From an uncultured Candidatus Rokubacteria bacterium (lineage in GTDB: Bacteria; Methylomirabilota; Methylomirabilia; Rokubacteriales; CSP1-6), in assembly GCA_963754315.1 (NCBI GenBank), contig CAVWFS010000019.1, forward strand, positions 768,001 through 832,000: a stretch of DNA of 64,000 nucleotides, in the 5' to 3' direction. Each line of letters starts with the position of its first letter. The first letter of the stretch is position 1. The notes under the pieces were generated by a model. That model did not search any database. It had not been told where the DNA came from and saw nothing but the letters and a program-made list of their open reading frames with translations. The position numbers and the translations under genes are program-made. Shown piece by piece: positions 60,086-64,000 of this stretch.

Positions 60086-61723
60086 ATGGTCGAGCCCGCG
60101 CGCGCGAGCGGCGGACGTCCCTGGGACAACGCGTGGCCGCCGCACCTGGCATACGGGCTCGACTACCCGGCCGTCCCCGCCTGGTGGCTCCTCGAGCGAA
60201 ACCTGCCAAGCTTCGCCGCGCGCATCGCACTACGCGAGGTGGACCCCGAGACGCTCGCGGAGGGACGTGTGCTCACGTACGAGCAGCTCGTGCGCGCCGC
60301 CCGCGGCATCGCCACCGGCCTACGCGGGCTCGGGGTGGGGCGGAACACGCGCGTCGGATACTGTCTGCCCAATGGCGCCCCGCTAATCCTCGGCTACTAC
60401 GCCACCTGGTGGGCGGGGGGGACCGTGGTGCCCACGAACCCCGGGGCCCGTCCCACCGAGGTCGAGCAACTGCTGGGGGACGCCGATGTCGCGCTCGTCG
60501 TCGGCCTCGCCCACGGGGCCGGCCAGGTGGCCGCCGAGCGGCTCCGCGTGCCCTTCGTGGACCTCGGCGCCTTCGCGGCCATGGAGCAGCTCGATCCTGC
60601 CTTACCAGCGCCGTCCGGCCCCGCCGACGACATCGCGGTGCTGCTCTACACGGGTGGTACCACCGGCACGCCAAAGGGGGCGATGCTCACCCACCGCAAC
60701 ATCGTCACCAACACCGTGCAGTTCGCGCAGTGGTACGCCTTCGTGCCGGGTGAGGAGACATCGATCGGCGCGATCCCGTTCTTCCATTCGGGAGGCATGT
60801 CAGGGGCGATGAACGTTCCCCTCTCGGCGGGGGCGACGCTCATTGTCTTTGCACGCTTCCGGGCCGCCAGTGTGGCACGGGCGGTCGGTCGCTACGGAGT
60901 CACGCGTCTGTTCGGGGTGCCGACGATGTACATCGCGCTGCTCGACGACACTGAGGGTCGCCGCACCGACTACTCCAGGCTCCGCGCCTGTCGTACCAAT
61001 GCGGCCCCCCTTCCGCCGAGCGTGAAGGCGGCCTTTGACGGGCTGGTGGGACGCGAAGTGCTCGTCGAGGGTTATGGCCTCACCGAGACGAGCCCGCTCA
61101 CGCACGCCAACCCCATCCATCGCGCCAAGCCCGGTTCCATCGGGATTCCGCTGCCGGACACCGATGCGCGGATTGTCGATCTCGTATCGGGGGCAGAGGT
61201 CGTGCCGGGTGAGGCGGGTGAGCTCCTCATTCGCGGACCGCAAGTCATGCGTGGTTACTGGCGTCGTCCGGACGAGACGGCGCGCACCATGGCCGACGGT
61301 TGGCTCCGCACGGGTGACGTCGCCACCATGGATGCCGACGGCTACTTCGCCATCGTCGACCGCGCCAAGGACATGATCAACACGGCCGGCTTCAAGGTGT
61401 GGCCGCGCGAGGTGGAGGAGGTCATCTATGGGCACGAGGCGGTGAAGCTGGCGGTGGTCGTGGGCATGCCTGACGACTACCGTGGTGAGGTCGTGAAGGC
61501 GTTCGTGGTGTTGAAGGAGGATCGGCGGCACCGCGTGAGCGCGGCGGAGATTCTCGAGTTCTGTCGCGCTCGCCTGTCCACGTACAAGGTCCCGCGCGTC
61601 CTCGAGTTCCGGACGGAGCTTCCCCTGAGCGGCGCCGGCAAGCTGCTGCGCCGCGCGCTCCGTGACGAGGCCCTGGCCGCTCCATCGCTGGTATCGATCC
61701 CCGATCAGGGAGGACGCGCATGA
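60086..61723 (+). CDS. Long-chain acyl-CoA ligase (AMP-binding)
   Basis: YTGGTTGTPKG, EGYGLTE, WLRTGD, GFKVWPREVEE, GKLLRR. Confidence 0.92.
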   Translation: MVEPARASGGRPWDNAWPPHLAYGLDYPAVPAWWLLERNLPSFAARIALREVDPETLAEGRVLTYEQLVRAARGIATGLRGLGVGRNTRVGYCLPNGAPLILGYYATWWAGGTVVPTNPGARPTEVEQLLGDADVALVVGLAHGAGQVAAERLRVPFVDLGAFAAMEQLDPALPAPSGPADDIAVLLYTGGTTGTPKGAMLTHRNIVTNTVQFAQWYAFVPGEETSIGAIPFFHSGGMSGAMNVPLSAGATLIVFARFRAASVARAVGRYGVTRLFGVPTMYIALLDDTEGRRTDYSRLRACRTNAAPLPPSVKAAFDGLVGREVLVEGYGLTETSPLTHANPIHRAKPGSIGIPLPDTDARIVDLVSGAEVVPGEAGELLIRGPQVMRGYWRRPDETARTMADGWLRTGDVATMDADGYFAIVDRAKDMINTAGFKVWPREVEEVIYGHEAVKLAVVVGMPDDYRGEVVKAFVVLKEDRRHRVSAAEILEFCRARLSTYKVPRVLEFRTELPLSGAGKLLRRALRDEALAAPSLVSIPDQGGRA

Positions 61724-62132
61724 AGACGCTTCTCCTCGTGCTGATCCTGGTCCTTGCCGGGCCCGCGGCCGGCCAGGAGAAGTATCCATCTCGCCCCGTT
61801 GACTTCATCGTGACATGGGGTACCGGTGGCGGCGCCGAGTCGTGTTCTGCTTCCTGGGCGCCTTCGCGCTCCGCAACGACATGGCCGACGTGTGGCTGAC
61901 CATGCTCTTCGGGGTGGCCGGCTTCGTCATGCGCCGCTGGGATCTGCCCATTCCGCCCCTCGTGATGGGTATCATCCTGGGACCGATGGCCGAGGGGTAC
62001 TTCCTCACCAGCATGGTGGCGAACGGCAACGACCTCAGCGTGTTCGTCACGCGTCCGGTCAGTGCCGTGGTGCTGGCGCTGGCGGCGGCCATGCTTGTGT
62101 GGCCCGTGGTCAAAGGCTCATGGCGGGGGTAG
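61720..62132 (+). pseudogene. Tripartite tricarboxylate transporter remnant: tctC 5' end joined out of frame to tctA 3' end
   Basis: MKTLLLVLILVLAGPAAGQEKYPSRPVDFIVTWGTGGGA to 61838, then VVFCFLGAFALRN...PLVMGIILGPMAE...FVTRP from 61839. Confidence 0.8.
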
Positions 62133-62223
62133 GATCTCCACACGACCTGATTACTCATGAACGAGGAGCCGGTGAAGCGAGCGACGGGCGCGGCATCGCC
62201 CCTTATCGGCCACGGAGGACGGG

Positions 62224-63627
62224 ATGACCTGCACCGATAGCAAAGGACTCGCGCTGTCGACGGCGTCGTCGGACGCCCTGGGAGCCTACGAGCGCGGCGT
62301 CGACCTGTTTCTGCGCTGGCGCGGCGCGCCCATGGATGCCCTGGAGACGGCCACGCAGTGCGACCCGAACTTCGCGCTCGCGTATTGCACGCGGGCTTAC
62401 ATCGCCTGGCGCATGGGGCGAGCGGACCTGGCCACGGCGGCCGGCCGGCAAGCCGCCGCGTTGATCGATGAGGCGCACCACGAGCGAGAACGTCTGCACG
62501 TTCGCGCCGTCGACGCCATGCAGCGCGGTGAGCAGGCCACCGCGTACGACCTCCTGGGGAAGATCGCCGCCGAGTACCCGACGGATCGCATGGCGGTCCG
62601 CATCGTCGGCCTCAATTGCATCACCCAGGGCAACTATCGGGGCGGCATCGACATCGCCCGCCGGAGCCTCGAAGCCAATCCGGGCGAACCACAGTACCAG
62701 ACCATGCTGGGCTTCTTCCTGGAGCAATCCGGCTACAACGACGAAGGGCTCGCCATGAGCCTGCGGTCCCTGGCCCAGGACCCGACGAGTCTCTACACCT
62801 ACCATGCGGTCGCCCACGCGTATCAGGCGCGGGGCGATTACCGCGACGCGCTGGAGACCTTCGAGCGAGCAGCCTCGCTGGAGCGCTACCCGCACATCCT
62901 CTGGCACCTCGCCGAGACGCAGGCCATTCTGGGCCACGAGCGCATGACCCGCGACTATTGGGCCTCTACCACGCCGCCCCTGCCGCTTTACGAGCGCATC
63001 GAGCTCCTGTGGCGTCTGGAAATCCTGCGCGGCACGCCGACGGACGATGCCGTCTGGCAAGACCTGGCCACCCAGGGCGAGAAGCTGCTCGTGCACGGAG
63101 ATTTCTTGACGACGTGGATGCATCACTGGCTCGGGGTCGCCTTCGCCCATGCCGGGAAATGGGACAAAGCCAACCAGCAGCTCGAGCGGCTGCGCCGTCT
63201 GCCGGAGGGCCGTGCTAGCGGCTACTGGTCAACCTTGGGGGCCTCCCTCCTGGAGGGCGAGCTGGCGATCATCCAGGGCGACTACGCGGCGGCCGCGCGG
63301 ATCATGGCGCCGGCGGTGGAACGTATCCATATGATGGGCGGCGGGAGTCGGGAACAGAAGGACATCTTCGTCGACGTGCTTCTGGAGCTGCACCGTCGGC
63401 TCGGAAACGTGGAGAAGGTCATCGACCTGGCGCAGCAGCGCCTGCTGGCCAATCCCCACCACCTCCAGTCGCTCGTGGCCCTCGCCTGGGCCTACGAACG
63501 GCAGGGCAACACTGCCCTCCAGCGGCATGCCTGCCGGCAGCTAGTCCAGCGAGCAGATGACGTCGGGCTAGCCCCGAACGCGCCCGAGCTGCTGGCCGCG
63601 CGGCAGGTGCTGCAGGCGCCTGCCTGA
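62224..63627 (+). CDS. Tetratricopeptide repeat protein (TTC38-like)
   Basis: DPNFALA, RERLHV, HAVAH, GGSREQ.D. Confidence 0.78.
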   Translation: MTCTDSKGLALSTASSDALGAYERGVDLFLRWRGAPMDALETATQCDPNFALAYCTRAYIAWRMGRADLATAAGRQAAALIDEAHHERERLHVRAVDAMQRGEQATAYDLLGKIAAEYPTDRMAVRIVGLNCITQGNYRGGIDIARRSLEANPGEPQYQTMLGFFLEQSGYNDEGLAMSLRSLAQDPTSLYTYHAVAHAYQARGDYRDALETFERAASLERYPHILWHLAETQAILGHERMTRDYWASTTPPLPLYERIELLWRLEILRGTPTDDAVWQDLATQGEKLLVHGDFLTTWMHHWLGVAFAHAGKWDKANQQLERLRRLPEGRASGYWSTLGASLLEGELAIIQGDYAAAARIMAPAVERIHMMGGGSREQKDIFVDVLLELHRRLGNVEKVIDLAQQRLLANPHHLQSLVALAWAYERQGNTALQRHACRQLVQRADDVGLAPNAPELLAARQVLQAPA

Positions 63628-63671
63628 TTCTCAGCGCGCCGCCAGGCGTCGGCTCGGTAAGATTGGCGTCG

Positions 63672-63887
63672 GTGAATGGCAAGCCCCAACCCAACCATGC
63701 CGTCTATCTGCGCGTGTTGCGTGGTATGACGCCAGAGCAGCGGCTGCAGGCGGCGTTCGAGCTGACGGCCTCGACGCGGGCCCTCTTCGCGTTCGGACTA
63801 CGCCGCCGATTCCCGGCCCTTGACGATGCGGCGTTCGCCCGACTGCTGCGCGAACGCCTAGATCTGTGTCACAACCGCAATTATTGA
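63672..63887 (+). CDS. Small hypothetical protein (possible antitoxin partner)
   Basis: YLRVLRGMTPEQRL..AFELT...GLRRRFP; overlaps the next ORF. Confidence 0.55.
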   Translation: MNGKPQPNHAVYLRVLRGMTPEQRLQAAFELTASTRALFAFGLRRRFPALDDAAFARLLRERLDLCHNRNY

Positions 63888-64000
63888 AGCACGTCGTCCA
63901 TCAGCTCGACGCGATGGGCATCGAGTACATGATCAGCGGCTCGATCGCCTCGAGCTTGCAGGGTGAGCCGCGTGCCAGCCACGACATCGACATCGTCGTG
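63866..64000 (+). CDS. Nucleotidyltransferase-fold protein, N-terminal part (runs off the window end)
   Basis: Manual translation: SQPQLLKHVVHQLDAMGIEYMISGSIASSLQGEPRASHDIDIVV, with GS...R.xxDxD motif. Confidence 0.7.
   Translation, partial: MSQPQLLKHVVHQLDAMGIEYMISGSIASSLQGEPRASHDIDIVV

Overview
High-GC, gene-dense bacterial chromosomal window, mostly catabolic and transport genes. Gene content and repeat style suggest Candidatus Rokubacteria/Methylomirabilota, but this is an inference only. It holds a complete pqqABCDE operon (pqqA is absent from the ORF track) followed by a PQQ dehydrogenase and a di-heme cytochrome c. It also holds branched-chain and sugar ABC transporters, recQ, phnA, malQ, add, pgm, a copper amine oxidase, a 4-subunit 2-oxoacid:ferredoxin oxidoreductase, an hsp20, and toxin-antitoxin modules or remnants. 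Main signals not shown by the ORF track: (1) two probable selenoproteins split at in-frame TGA codons, a DsrE-like UxxC protein (5635-5997) and an atypical peroxiredoxin (20071-20544), each with a SECIS-like hairpin whose loop G lies 20-21 nt after the UGA; (2) a dispersed ~70-75 bp two-hairpin palindromic element (ATGGGGGG...GCCCCTC) found as a tandem triplet, as inverted copies flanking an esterase gene, and read in frame inside RecQ; (3) a 17-bp and an 82-bp tandem array; (4) a three-domain single-chain Rid protein next to phnA; (5) a tctC/tctA deletion scar. About nine single-base frameshifts in ordinary genes look like long-read indel errors. All calls come from reading the sequence and recognising motifs; no searches were run.
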